Shown here piece by piece: positions 45,365 through 54,501 of a stretch of DNA of 64,000 nt (positions are counted from its first letter, which is position 1; each line of letters opens with the position of its first letter). The notes beneath the pieces are model-generated. The model saw only the letters and a list, made by a program, of their open reading frames with translations, was not told the origin of the DNA and did no database searches. The position numbers were made by a program, and so were the translations under genes. The stretch is from an uncultured delta proteobacterium (GTDB lineage Bacteria; Myxococcota; Myxococcia; Myxococcales; 40CM-4-68-19), in contig CAIWCD010000025.1 of NCBI GenBank assembly GCA_903911145.1, forward strand, positions 3,891-67,890. The letters run 5' to 3'.

Positions 45365-45970
45365 GTGAGGTTTACAATGCTGAGAGTTCTTGTCGCCGCA
45401 ACGATCGTCCTGCTCGCGCGCAGTGGCACTGCGCTGGCCGCCACTGCCACCGCACCTTCGGCGCATCCGGAGGTCTGCGCGACCCATCCGCCCCACTCGC
45501 TGCTCAACGCCGCGGAGCCGACGAAGCATTCGTTCAGCACGCTTCCGCATCACCGCGCGGTCGAAACCGCGAAGTTCGACAGGGGGGTGGCGGTGCGAAT
45601 CGAACAGAGCGGATGCGCGGGTCCGGCCGCGGTTCAATTCAGATTTTCCTTCCCATCAGCTCTGGGCGCGAACCATCGGGCTCTCGCGACGCTGGTGACG
45701 TTTCTGGATGCGAACGTGGACGCGTTTTCCATGACGCCGCTCGCGCTGCCTCCTGCTTCGCGCGCGCTGCACGACCTGGTTGAGCGCAAGCTCGCGTACG
45801 CACCTCAGACCCGGCTTTGCCTGCTCGACTCTGGAGCAACACCTCCATCTCAGACTTCGCCCGCGAGCCACTGCGCGCGCTGGCTTTCGGTCGACTGGTC
45901 GCGCGACGCGGTCAAAGCCCTCACGGTCGTCGTCAACTACTCAGATGAAGCAGTCAGGAACAGCCCGTGA
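45365..45970 (+). CDS. Secreted hypothetical protein
   Basis: Signal peptide (ALA-AT), IEQSGC, four Cys; start GTG 45365 or ATG 45377. Confidence 0.6.
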   Translation: MRFTMLRVLVAATIVLLARSGTALAATATAPSAHPEVCATHPPHSLLNAAEPTKHSFSTLPHHRAVETAKFDRGVAVRIEQSGCAGPAAVQFRFSFPSALGANHRALATLVTFLDANVDAFSMTPLALPPASRALHDLVERKLAYAPQTRLCLLDSGATPPSQTSPASHCARWLSVDWSRDAVKALTVVVNYSDEAVRNSP

Positions 45971-46119
45971 CCATTTCCACTCTATTCAACCTCCTCGCGG
46001 TTGCGCTGTTCTGCCTGGGAGTCGTTCCCAAGGTTCAACGTCCCTGGATGATGGGAGTGGGAATGGCGCTTCTGGCCGCCAGCTTCCTCCCCTACCCTGC
46101 GTTGCGCGCCGCGCACTGA
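45967..46119 (+). CDS. Small 50-aa two-TM membrane protein (below the ORF-track cutoff)
   Basis: MTISTLFNLLAVALFCLGVVPKVQRPWMMGVGMALLAASFLPYPALRAAH; GTGA overlap and AGGA RBS. Confidence 0.65.
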   Translation: MTISTLFNLLAVALFCLGVVPKVQRPWMMGVGMALLAASFLPYPALRAAH

Positions 46120-46155
46120 GTCTTGCTGCTGTTCAGGCTTTCAACGGAGCTCCCC

Positions 46156-46416
46156 ATGAACTGGATCGAACGCGACGCCAACTGGGCACAGGTCGGTGTT
46201 GGTGTCAGGGCGAAATGGGCGACAGTCACTGATGACGACCTGCGCTTTCTGGATCGAAGCAAGGATGCGCTGGTGGCGAAGATCCACGAACGGACGGGTC
46301 TTGCACGCGAGACGGCCGAGCGGCAGATCGATGCGCTGCTCTTGATGCTCGCGACAGTGGAAGCTCGAGAGCCGGTGCCTTCGATGGCAATCCGCTTCCC
46401 TCCTTCTGGCCCGTAG
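46156..46416 (+). CDS. CsbD/YjbJ-like stress protein (second copy)
   Basis: NWAQVGVGVRAKWATVTDDDL...KIHERTGLARETAERQID. Confidence 0.8.
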   Translation: MNWIERDANWAQVGVGVRAKWATVTDDDLRFLDRSKDALVAKIHERTGLARETAERQIDALLLMLATVEAREPVPSMAIRFPPSGP

Positions 46417-46426
46417 CCCAAGCCGC

Positions 46427-47656
46427 ATGGAGACCTGCGCACCGCTGCGCACCACGAGTCGACTACCCTCTGCAGACCGTCTTCTGGTGATCTTCAGCGA
46501 CATCGAGATGGGCAGTGGTGGACCGACCGACGATTTTCCACACTCAGACTTTCTCGGATCTCTGATTGGAAACTACGGACGGTCTGATCTCAGAGATCTT
46601 CCGATCGATCTGATCTTCAATGGGGACACCTTCGACCTGCTGAAGACCGCGTTTGAGGGGACGTTTCCGATTCACATCACTGCGGCTGTCGCGGTTGCGA
46701 AGCTCGCGCAGATTGCCCTGGCGCATGCCCCGTTCTTCGCAGCGCTGCGGGAGTTTCTCGCTGAGCCAGGCGCGGATCGCCGCGTGCAATTCATCGTCGG
46801 AAACCACGACGCCGAACTGGTGTTCCCAGAGGTGCAGGCGCAGCTTCGCGAGCTTTGCGGGAACGATTCGCGCGTCCTCTTCCCGGGCTTCCGCCTCGCG
46901 GTCGGTCGTGTGCTGATCGAACACGGATCACAGTCCGACAGAATGTTCTGCGTCGATGAGGAACATCCGGTCGTCGAGTTCGAGGGCCAGCAGATCCTCC
47001 ACATCAGTTGGGGAGCAGTGGCCCTACTCAAGACGGTTATTCCACTCAAGGAGCTGCTCGGATTCCACGACCGTCTCAGACCGAAGCAGTTGATGCTCGA
47101 GCTGCTCCCTGAATTGCAGGGTCTCTTGATGAGCCGATTCTGGGGTTACTGGTCGCACGACTTCTGGAAAGGCTATGTCACGTCGTCCGACCCGACTCAG
47201 GAGATCACGTGGGCGATGCTCAAAGAGGTCATCTGGCGATTCAGCGTGCGAAGTCCTGAGGTGCTGATGAGCGATGGCCTGCTGGAACGCATGCGGAACA
47301 CACCTGAGGTGCTGCTCTATGTTGTCGGCCACCAGCATGAGTCGCAGTGGCTGAGCTTCGGCGATCGCAAGATCCTCCAGTCGGGCTGTCTGCGAAACGC
47401 GTACATGGTCGACGCGAAGGGCGAGACGTTCCGTCCGATTCCCAAGACCTATATCGAGGCCTGGCTGCGCGACGGTGTGCCCGTGGTTTCGACATTCGTC
47501 GAGTTCGAAGGGCCGCCGGTTCCAACCGACTACCTTCCCAGGTCGATCTTCGACGTGCTCGACGGGGTTCGTGCGTTGCATCTACCGGAGGGAAGCGTGA
47601 CGACTGCGCACCCGCTGAAAAGCGCGCACGCGAAAGGCGCTCACGCGGCCCGCTGA
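46427..47656 (+). CDS. Calcineurin-like metallophosphoesterase
   Basis: SDIEMG, NGDTFD, GNHD, EHG, GHQH, SG. Confidence 0.8.
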   Translation: METCAPLRTTSRLPSADRLLVIFSDIEMGSGGPTDDFPHSDFLGSLIGNYGRSDLRDLPIDLIFNGDTFDLLKTAFEGTFPIHITAAVAVAKLAQIALAHAPFFAALREFLAEPGADRRVQFIVGNHDAELVFPEVQAQLRELCGNDSRVLFPGFRLAVGRVLIEHGSQSDRMFCVDEEHPVVEFEGQQILHISWGAVALLKTVIPLKELLGFHDRLRPKQLMLELLPELQGLLMSRFWGYWSHDFWKGYVTSSDPTQEITWAMLKEVIWRFSVRSPEVLMSDGLLERMRNTPEVLLYVVGHQHESQWLSFGDRKILQSGCLRNAYMVDAKGETFRPIPKTYIEAWLRDGVPVVSTFVEFEGPPVPTDYLPRSIFDVLDGVRALHLPEGSVTTAHPLKSAHAKGAHAAR

Positions 47657-47719
47657 GCGAGGCTCCCCGGCGTTCGCGAAGAGCGACAACATCGCCCCGA
47701 CCCGTGCGATGCTGCGCGG

Positions 47720-49003
47720 ATGACGTCCATCAATCCACTGCGTTGCCGACCGCTCGCGCTCTGCACCCGAGAGGCCGGCCTGCTTGTACTTCTCGCGCTG
47801 CTTGGCTGCGCCAAGACCACGAGCAAGACCTCCTATCCGATCGATCACGTGGTGGTCTTCGTGAAGGAGAACCATACCTTCGATAACTACTTCGGCTCGT
47901 TTCCGGGTGCCGATGGCAACAGCCATTGCGCGCTCGCGGACGGCGGCACGTTCACCTGCCCGCACGCGCCCGACAGCACGCCGCGAGATCTCTGTCACAG
48001 CCACTCCTGCGCGCTCACAGACTGGGCTGGCGGCAAGCTGGACGGTTGGGAACTCAGCGACAGCCACGCCGATCATCTCTCGTGGGGCCAATATACCGAG
48101 GCCGATATCCCGAACTATTGGAAGTATGCGCGCACCTTCACGCTCGGCGACCGCTTCTTCGCCAACGTGCTCGGCCCGAGCTTCCCCGGCCATACCTTCC
48201 TGCTCGCCGCGCAGGCGGGCTGGGCGCAGGGAAACCCGCCCTCGCACATTCCCACCAGTCTCAATTGGGGCTGCGATCAGCCGTCCGGGGATACCGTCTC
48301 CATCCTGCAAGGAGGCACCTGCACGACCGCGGATGTCGCGCCCTGCTTCAATATCCCGTCGATTCCCGACGTCCTGCCGAAGGGCGTGAATTGGAAGTTC
48401 TATGGCACCAACTTCTACGGCGCAGATCCGGAGATCTGGTCGATGTTCGATGCCATCAAACCAGTTCGGCAGGGGCCGGGTTGGAGCAACGTCGTCAACG
48501 TGAGCGAGTTCAGCACCGACGTCGCCAATGGCACGCTTCCCAATGTGTCGTGGATGGTCGATCAGGATCTCGACGACGAGCATCCCGTGATCGGCAGCGT
48601 CTGCGCAGGGGAGAACTGGACGGTTAAATATATCAACCAGATCATGCAGAGCCCCTATTGGAGCCACACGGCGATCATCTTCACGATGGATGACTTCGGC
48701 GGCTGGGTCGATCACGTCGCGCCGCCGCGCCAATATGGCTGCGATGCACAGCATCCCTATGGTCTCGGCTTTCGCCTGCCGCTGCTCGTGATCTCGCCTT
48801 ATGCGAAGCCCGGATATATCTTCCACGAGCAGGCCGAGCAGGCCTCCGTGCCCCGCTTCATCGAGACGATCTTCGGTGTACCCGCGCTCTCGACGCTCGA
48901 CCCCGCGGCGCAGGACGGGCAGGCGAATGATCTCCTCGGCGCCTTCGATTTCAATCAAACTCCGCTGCCGCCGCTGGTATTGACACAGCGGACCTGTCCT
49001 TAA
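47720..49003 (+). CDS. Phospholipase C/acid phosphatase family phosphoesterase, lipoprotein
   Basis: [57 protein letters not shown]. Confidence 0.92.
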   Translation: MTSINPLRCRPLALCTREAGLLVLLALLGCAKTTSKTSYPIDHVVVFVKENHTFDNYFGSFPGADGNSHCALADGGTFTCPHAPDSTPRDLCHSHSCALTDWAGGKLDGWELSDSHADHLSWGQYTEADIPNYWKYARTFTLGDRFFANVLGPSFPGHTFLLAAQAGWAQGNPPSHIPTSLNWGCDQPSGDTVSILQGGTCTTADVAPCFNIPSIPDVLPKGVNWKFYGTNFYGADPEIWSMFDAIKPVRQGPGWSNVVNVSEFSTDVANGTLPNVSWMVDQDLDDEHPVIGSVCAGENWTVKYINQIMQSPYWSHTAIIFTMDDFGGWVDHVAPPRQYGCDAQHPYGLGFRLPLLVISPYAKPGYIFHEQAEQASVPRFIETIFGVPALSTLDPAAQDGQANDLLGAFDFNQTPLPPLVLTQRTCP

Positions 49004-49026
49004 GCCCGCTGCACGCAGGAGCGCTC

Positions 49027-49596
49027 TTGAATCGCCTCGTCCGATTCCTCTTTCAGGCTGCCGGTTGGCGCACGGCCGGCGCCGCGCCGAGCATTCCCCG
49101 ATATGTGCTGATTGCAGCGCCGCATACCTCCAATTGGGACGGTGTGCTCCTCGTCGCCGCGGGCAATCTCTTCGGGCTCAAGCTCTCCTGGTTTCTCAAA
49201 GCCAGCTGGTTCGTCTGGCCGATGAGCATCATGCTGCGCAAGATGGGCGCGCTTCCCATCGATCGCAAGGCAAGGCACGACGCGGTCGCCAATGCCGTCG
49301 AGCTGCTGAAGAAGAGCGACAAGCTCGCGCTCGCGGTCTCGCCGGAGGGTACGCGAAAGCACAGCGACAGCTGGCGCACGGGCTTCTATTACATCGCGCT
49401 TGGCGCGGGCGTTCCCATCGTCATGAGCTATCTCGACTATGGGCGCAGGATTGCGGGCATGGGCCCGGTCTTCACGCCGACGGGAGATATCGAAAAGGAC
49501 TTTGCCGTCTTCCGCGAATTCTATTCCGGGATGACCGCCTGCCATCCCGAACAGTTCGGGCCGGTCGTGCCGCGCAAGTCGAAAGCTTCTGAGTAA
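49027..49596 (+). CDS. plsC: 1-acyl-sn-glycerol-3-phosphate acyltransferase family
   Basis: PHTSNWD, PIDR, PEGTR, TGFYYIA. Confidence 0.88.
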   Translation: MNRLVRFLFQAAGWRTAGAAPSIPRYVLIAAPHTSNWDGVLLVAAGNLFGLKLSWFLKASWFVWPMSIMLRKMGALPIDRKARHDAVANAVELLKKSDKLALAVSPEGTRKHSDSWRTGFYYIALGAGVPIVMSYLDYGRRIAGMGPVFTPTGDIEKDFAVFREFYSGMTACHPEQFGPVVPRKSKASE

Positions 49597-50103
49597 CTAG
49601 TCTCGGTGGCAGAGAAGCCCTGCGGTCTCCTGCACGACGAACTTCTGCGTCGTCAGATTCACCGCCCACGCCTGTTCGACCGCGCCAGCCTTGCCGTCGT
49701 CTCCGCTCTTGAACAGCGGCAGCACATGCTCAAGCTTCTTGCCGCTGAGCGTGCAGTCGGAGAGCAGCGGCGGAGACTTGTTCGCGCTCACCGGCAGGGC
49801 AAGCGCATCCTTCACCAGCGTTCCCGTCGTCAGCACCAGGACGACCGCTCCGCAGACCTGCCAGGCGACGATGTTGAGTCCTTCCGTCACCTCGTCGGCA
49901 CCGAGATCCTTGAGCCCGAGCGGCGCATACTTCTTCTCCGTCTCGGCGACCGGAGCGTCGTGCAGCTTCCTGCCCACCAGAGCCTTCGCGATGTCCGAGC
50001 CGCACTGGATGCCGTTCCAATCCTCGGGCGGCTTCGCGGCCGCGGGAAGCGCGAGTCCAGCAAGCATCACCATCACGATGGAACGGTTCGCGGCATTGGT
50101 CAT
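49597..50103 (-). CDS. Secreted hypothetical protein
   Basis: Signal peptide, GC-rich third codon positions, GAGGA RBS. Confidence 0.65.
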   Translation of the reverse strand: MTNAANRSIVMVMLAGLALPAAAKPPEDWNGIQCGSDIAKALVGRKLHDAPVAETEKKYAPLGLKDLGADEVTEGLNIVAWQVCGAVVLVLTTGTLVKDALALPVSANKSPPLLSDCTLSGKKLEHVLPLFKSGDDGKAGAVEQAWAVNLTTQKFVVQETAGLLCHRD

Positions 50104-50166
50104 CTGCTGTCCTCGTTGGTTTGGGTTCTTGGCAGTTGATACATTCCGGATTGATTCAACGATACA

Positions 50167-51420
50167 TCAAGGCGCGCGAGCGTCGCGGACCTCAAACTCC
50201 ATCCCCGCCGCGCGCAGCCGATCGATCAAAAGCGTTCCCATGGCCGACGCGGGCGTCAGAACGCCGCCGCGCGAAGTGAGCTTCTCGCCATCGAGCGCCA
50301 GACAGAGCGCCGATTCGGAGAGCATCTTCGCCGTCTCGCCATAACCGGGATCGCTCTTGCCGACGACGCGGCCGGTGAATTGCGACGCCGTTCCATCTTT
50401 GGATTGCGCGTCTGCAATCAAGCGCACGACGAAGTATCCGCGCTCGCGGGCCTCCTTCGACGGCCCTTCACCAACCTTGGGCAGGATGCGCGCGAGCAGG
50501 CTGCGCCCGGGCGCGAACGCCGCGGACGCGACGAAGCCGGCCATTCCCGCGCTCACCGCGGAGGCGATGAGCATTCCCTTCGGGCCTTTGCCGAAGCTCA
50601 TCGATTCGCTGTAACGAAAGTCGCGGCCATAGGCGTAATCGAGCAGCGCATTGGAGCGGCGCACCACGCGCGTATTGATCGACGCCATCAAGAATGGGCC
50701 GGTCCACATCTTCAGATCGCGGTCGTAATGAACGCCCATCTGATCTGACTTGTCGGGACCGCGCTCCTTCTTGCGATCGGGATTGAGCGCATAGGGATCG
50801 CCGAGCAGGCGACGCACCTTCGCGTCGGAGCGCGCGGCGCGGGCGATCTCGAACATCGACGCGACCGTGCCACCGCTGCCTGATCCGCGGCTCTCGCCGA
50901 GGAAGAAACGCACGCGCGAGAGCGTCTGGCCGTGCGCCTTCGCGTGCTCGTGCATCATCAGCACGCCGAGGTCAGAGGGGATCGAATCGAAGCCGCAGGT
51001 ATGAACAATGCGCGCCCCCGTCTCCTGCGCGCGGGCGTGGCAGCGATCGATCGTGTCGCGGATGAAGGGCGTCTCTCCGGTGAGATCGCAGTAGTGCGTG
51101 CCGTTCTCGGCGCAGGCGGCGACGAGCGCGCGGCCATACTTCATATAGGGGCCGACCGTGGTGATCACGACGCGCGCCTGCTTGGCGAGCGCATCGACCG
51201 AAGCTGCGTCGTCGCTATCTGCGATGAGCAGAGGCAGCGCCGAAGCATTCGGATGCGTCACCGCCAGATCTCGCCGGACCGCTTCCAGCTTGGTCTGGCT
51301 GCGTCCGGCCAATGCCCAGCGCAACGAGGCAGGCGCGTGCGAGAGCAGATATTCGGCGACCAGCTTGCCGGTGAAACCGGTGGCTCCGAAGAGGACGAGG
51401 TCGAACGCGCGCGTGGTCAT
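50167..51420 (-). CDS. Saccharopine dehydrogenase-like oxidoreductase (trans-acting enoyl reductase family)
   Basis: FGATGFTG, AGRS, TTVGPY..YG, YCDLTGE, CGFDSIPSD, DPGYGETAKM, GGVLTPA. Confidence 0.9.
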   Translation of the reverse strand: MTTRAFDLVLFGATGFTGKLVAEYLLSHAPASLRWALAGRSQTKLEAVRRDLAVTHPNASALPLLIADSDDAASVDALAKQARVVITTVGPYMKYGRALVAACAENGTHYCDLTGETPFIRDTIDRCHARAQETGARIVHTCGFDSIPSDLGVLMMHEHAKAHGQTLSRVRFFLGESRGSGSGGTVASMFEIARAARSDAKVRRLLGDPYALNPDRKKERGPDKSDQMGVHYDRDLKMWTGPFLMASINTRVVRRSNALLDYAYGRDFRYSESMSFGKGPKGMLIASAVSAGMAGFVASAAFAPGRSLLARILPKVGEGPSKEARERGYFVVRLIADAQSKDGTASQFTGRVVGKSDPGYGETAKMLSESALCLALDGEKLTSRGGVLTPASAMGTLLIDRLRAAGMEFEVRDARAP

Positions 51421-51459
51421 CCCATCGGTATACAGGAAGCCACCGAGCGTACGCAGAGG

Positions 51460-52419
51460 CTACGCGTGCGTCAGCCAGAGCAGCAGCTCGGCCGAACCCG
51501 CAACAGCGAGCGGGATGGTGAGGTTGTCATCAACGCGGACGCTGAGCAGCTCGGCCGCAGCACCAGTGATTCCAGCGGCGGCGGCCAGCATCAGGCGAAT
51601 CGAGAGCGAGAGGTTGCTGTGGAACAGCGCGAGACCGATCAAGCAGGCGAGCCCCGCGGAAACAGCGAACGCGAGCGCTCCCTCGAGTGAGCGGCCCGCG
51701 TTCAGACGCGTGCGGCCCCAGCGACGACCGATCAGCGCTGCGGTCGGATCGCCAATGCCCAGCGAGAGCACCGCGAGCAGGCAGGCGAGCTTTCCTGCGA
51801 GGCAGGCGAGCGTAAAGAGCGCGATCGCGTAGAACGTGCCGGAGTTGACGCGGAACTCCTCGGCGGGATGCGCGACGGCGCGGAACAGCTTCATCGAGAA
51901 GCGGCTCCAGGCGGGGCTGATACGCCGGCCAATCTCCAGCGCCAAACCGAACGCGAGAAACGAGCCGGACAAGGCAGCGAGCCAGGAGCGCGAAGGCAGG
52001 AACTCGATGCAGCCCGCGGCGAAGAGCGCATTGGCGACGTGGTACGCGTTGCGCTTGACGTTCGACGGTCGCAGCGAAGGAACCTCAACGCGCAGCGCCC
52101 GCAGACGCGCCACCAGCGCCTCGTAGCGCGGTGCCGCGGCCGTGCGAAACGACGAGAGCGCCTGCGGCGACCAGCCTCGCACGATCCGTTCGCGCAGCTC
52201 TTCGAGCGACGCGAGGATCTCGCGCAGCACGCGGATGAGCGCGGCCACCGCCTCGTCGCGCGCGGAATCGGTGGTGAGTTCGCGGCACCGCTCGACCATC
52301 CGATCGAGGCGGGCCCGCAGCGCAGTGAGCGCCTCTTCTCCGGGGGGCCGGTCGAGCGTGCGCAACAGGTCGTACAGCTCCTTCGCGAAGTCACCTGTCT
52401 CGACCGCAAGCGTGGTCAC
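51460..52419 (-). CDS. CTP-dependent diacylglycerol/polyprenol kinase (dolichol kinase-like) membrane protein
   Basis: RNAYH, GDPTAALIGRRWG, GRSLEG, AELL...DDNLTIP; GGAGG RBS. Confidence 0.8.
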   Translation of the reverse strand: MTTLAVETGDFAKELYDLLRTLDRPPGEEALTALRARLDRMVERCRELTTDSARDEAVAALIRVLREILASLEELRERIVRGWSPQALSSFRTAAAPRYEALVARLRALRVEVPSLRPSNVKRNAYHVANALFAAGCIEFLPSRSWLAALSGSFLAFGLALEIGRRISPAWSRFSMKLFRAVAHPAEEFRVNSGTFYAIALFTLACLAGKLACLLAVLSLGIGDPTAALIGRRWGRTRLNAGRSLEGALAFAVSAGLACLIGLALFHSNLSLSIRLMLAAAAGITGAAAELLSVRVDDNLTIPLAVAGSAELLLWLTHA

Positions 52420-52631
52420 GCGTCCTCCGAATGCGACCGGCGTTGGGAGTCTCTTACACGACAAACGGCCGCACGTGGGCGCTGCCCCCTTGCAGTCCGC
52501 GGCGCAAGATCGGATCCTCGCATCCTGGCTTTCGGTTCCGTGATGCGGCTCACATTGAAATCCGAGAGCTTCATGGTAGCGAAGGTCAGAAGGCTCGAGT
52601 CGATTCGTCCGAAGACCAACGAGGGGTGCGC

Positions 52632-53003
52632 ATGCGAATTGCGATCATCGACGATACCCAGAGCAGCCTCGACCTCATGGCGATGCTGGTCCGGGTGCTC
52701 GGCCCGGAGGAAGTGCATCTCTTTCTCTCGCCCGTCGAGGGCTTGAGCTGGTGCACGAAGAACAAGTTTGACCTCCTCATCGTCGACTACGTCATGCCGG
52801 AGCTGGATGGGCTGACGCTCTTGTCGCAGCTGCGCGCGCAGGGGAGCGACGTACCGATCATCCTCGTCACAGGCGAAGAGGATGGCGCGATCGGGAAGGA
52901 AGCGCTCGAGCGCGGCGCGAACGAGTTCGTCGCCAAGCCGGTCAAGCGGTACGAGTTTCTCGGCAGTGTGGCGAAGCAGCTGGCGACGCGCACGGGCCGC
53001 TGA
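52632..53003 (+). CDS. Single-domain response regulator
   Basis: IIDD, VDYVMPELDG, VTG, KP. Confidence 0.9.
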   Translation: MRIAIIDDTQSSLDLMAMLVRVLGPEEVHLFLSPVEGLSWCTKNKFDLLIVDYVMPELDGLTLLSQLRAQGSDVPIILVTGEEDGAIGKEALERGANEFVAKPVKRYEFLGSVAKQLATRTGR

Positions 53004-53025
53004 TTCACCACCACGAAGAGGCTTC

Positions 53026-54213
53026 ATGTTCGCAGCGCTTGCCGTTCTGGTCGCCGTCGCAACCCCAGCCTGGCAATCTCGCGGCGAGGCCGTCGAGCGA
53101 CAATACAAAGCCTTCGTCGCCAACCTCGAAGTCGATCGGTTGGCCCTGCGCGCCCGCATCGAGTCGCGCGCCCCTGAGCTCGCGACTCGTCTGTCTCCCG
53201 CGCCGGCCGCGGCCGTTCCCTATGGCTACCAGCTGCTCCCCAAGCTCACTCCAAACTCGCCACCGGCGCAGCAGCCGCGCGCTGTGTCAGCTGCCTTCGG
53301 CTGGCGCGGGACGCTTGGGCTGCTCGAAGAGCGCAAGCGCGAACTCAAGCAGCTGCACGAGCGGCTCGCCCACTTCGCCGAGCAGAGCGGCAAGGTGGAG
53401 CTCAACCAGCTCATCGATCTCTACCTCGCGATCCAGCGCGGACAGGGCGTGGTCGATGGGCAGATCAAATACAATTGGTTCTGGCAGAAGGACATCGTCG
53501 ATCACCGGCCCTGGTACGACGGAAGAACGGTCCTGCACGATCAGGTTCTCGAGCGCCAGCGCCTCCTCGACCAGCTTGCGCTCCACGAAGATGCGGCACT
53601 GCGCGGCCGGGAGCGCGCGCTCGCGGAGACAATCCATGCGGCGGCCTATGGCGACCTGAATGTCCCGAGCTTTGCAACCGTCACGACGCCGCAACCGGGG
53701 TTGCAGATCGTCCACCTCGAGCTCGAAACGGATATCTCCGACGCGGCCTTTCTCGAGCGCGTCAAGCAGGCGGTCGAGTCGAGATGGAAAGTGACGTCAG
53801 GCGATCAAGAGTATCGGCTTGAGCTCTCCATTCATCCAATCAAGCTCGCCAATCCTCCGGCCACGGGGGCGCATCTTGATCTGGATCAGCACCTCAAGGC
53901 GTTTCCTGCGGGGCCGGCGATCCTGACGACCGGCGCGCTCTTTACCAATGCGGTCTCCTGCTGTGCCGTCGCGCTCGGTCCCGGGCAGGTCGACGAGAAC
54001 ACGCTCGCACACGAGTTCGGCCACCTCTTTCAATTCCGCGATGGATATTTCCGCGGATATCGAGACCGCGGCGATGACGGCCTCGAGGTGCTCGAGATCT
54101 TCCCCGACATGGGCGACATCATGTGCTCGCCGGGAAATGGGCGCGTGCTCGCGAGCCACTTCGAGGCGTTGATCAAGGCGATCGCGAAGCGCACCGAGAC
54201 TCCGCAGCGATAA
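53026..54213 (+). CDS. Secreted zinc metalloprotease-like protein
   Basis: Signal peptide; HEFGHLFQFRD and a downstream DIM Met-turn-like motif. Confidence 0.65.
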   Translation: MFAALAVLVAVATPAWQSRGEAVERQYKAFVANLEVDRLALRARIESRAPELATRLSPAPAAAVPYGYQLLPKLTPNSPPAQQPRAVSAAFGWRGTLGLLEERKRELKQLHERLAHFAEQSGKVELNQLIDLYLAIQRGQGVVDGQIKYNWFWQKDIVDHRPWYDGRTVLHDQVLERQRLLDQLALHEDAALRGRERALAETIHAAAYGDLNVPSFATVTTPQPGLQIVHLELETDISDAAFLERVKQAVESRWKVTSGDQEYRLELSIHPIKLANPPATGAHLDLDQHLKAFPAGPAILTTGALFTNAVSCCAVALGPGQVDENTLAHEFGHLFQFRDGYFRGYRDRGDDGLEVLEIFPDMGDIMCSPGNGRVLASHFEALIKAIAKRTETPQR

Positions 54214-54230
54214 TCCGAAGGGAATGATCG

Positions 54231-54449
54231 ATGGCCAAGAAAAGCGCACGCGTGGCGAAGAAGCTGGCGCGTCGTGCGGTCCCCGACAAGGCGGAGGGCC
54301 GGCGAGGCGCAACGATGGTGCGCGTCACCTTTGCGGGCGGTCGGGTCGAGATGCACCCCGACGATGGCCGCAGCTATCCAGACGGCACGATGCTTCAATG
54401 GTCCGATCGATGGACGGTCGTCGGCTGCGCCTGGCCGTTCGACGACTAG
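54231..54449 (+). CDS. Small hypothetical protein
   Basis: 72-aa ORF filling the gap, basic N-terminus. Confidence 0.35.
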   Translation: MAKKSARVAKKLARRAVPDKAEGRRGATMVRVTFAGGRVEMHPDDGRSYPDGTMLQWSDRWTVVGCAWPFDD

Positions 54450-54450
54450 T

Positions 54451-54485
54451 CGAGATTAAGCCCGATTAAACTAGATTAGATTAAC
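54451..54485. repeat. 10-bp phased GATTA repeats
   Basis: CGAGATTAAG/CCCGATTAAA/CTAGATTAGA, plus GATTA at 54479. Confidence 0.7.
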
Positions 54486-54501
54486 CTTGGACCAGGATTC
54501 A

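Noticed and set aside
47582-48958. 458-aa minus-strand ORF
   Set aside because: Exact antisense of the phosphoesterase, which carries all family motifs.
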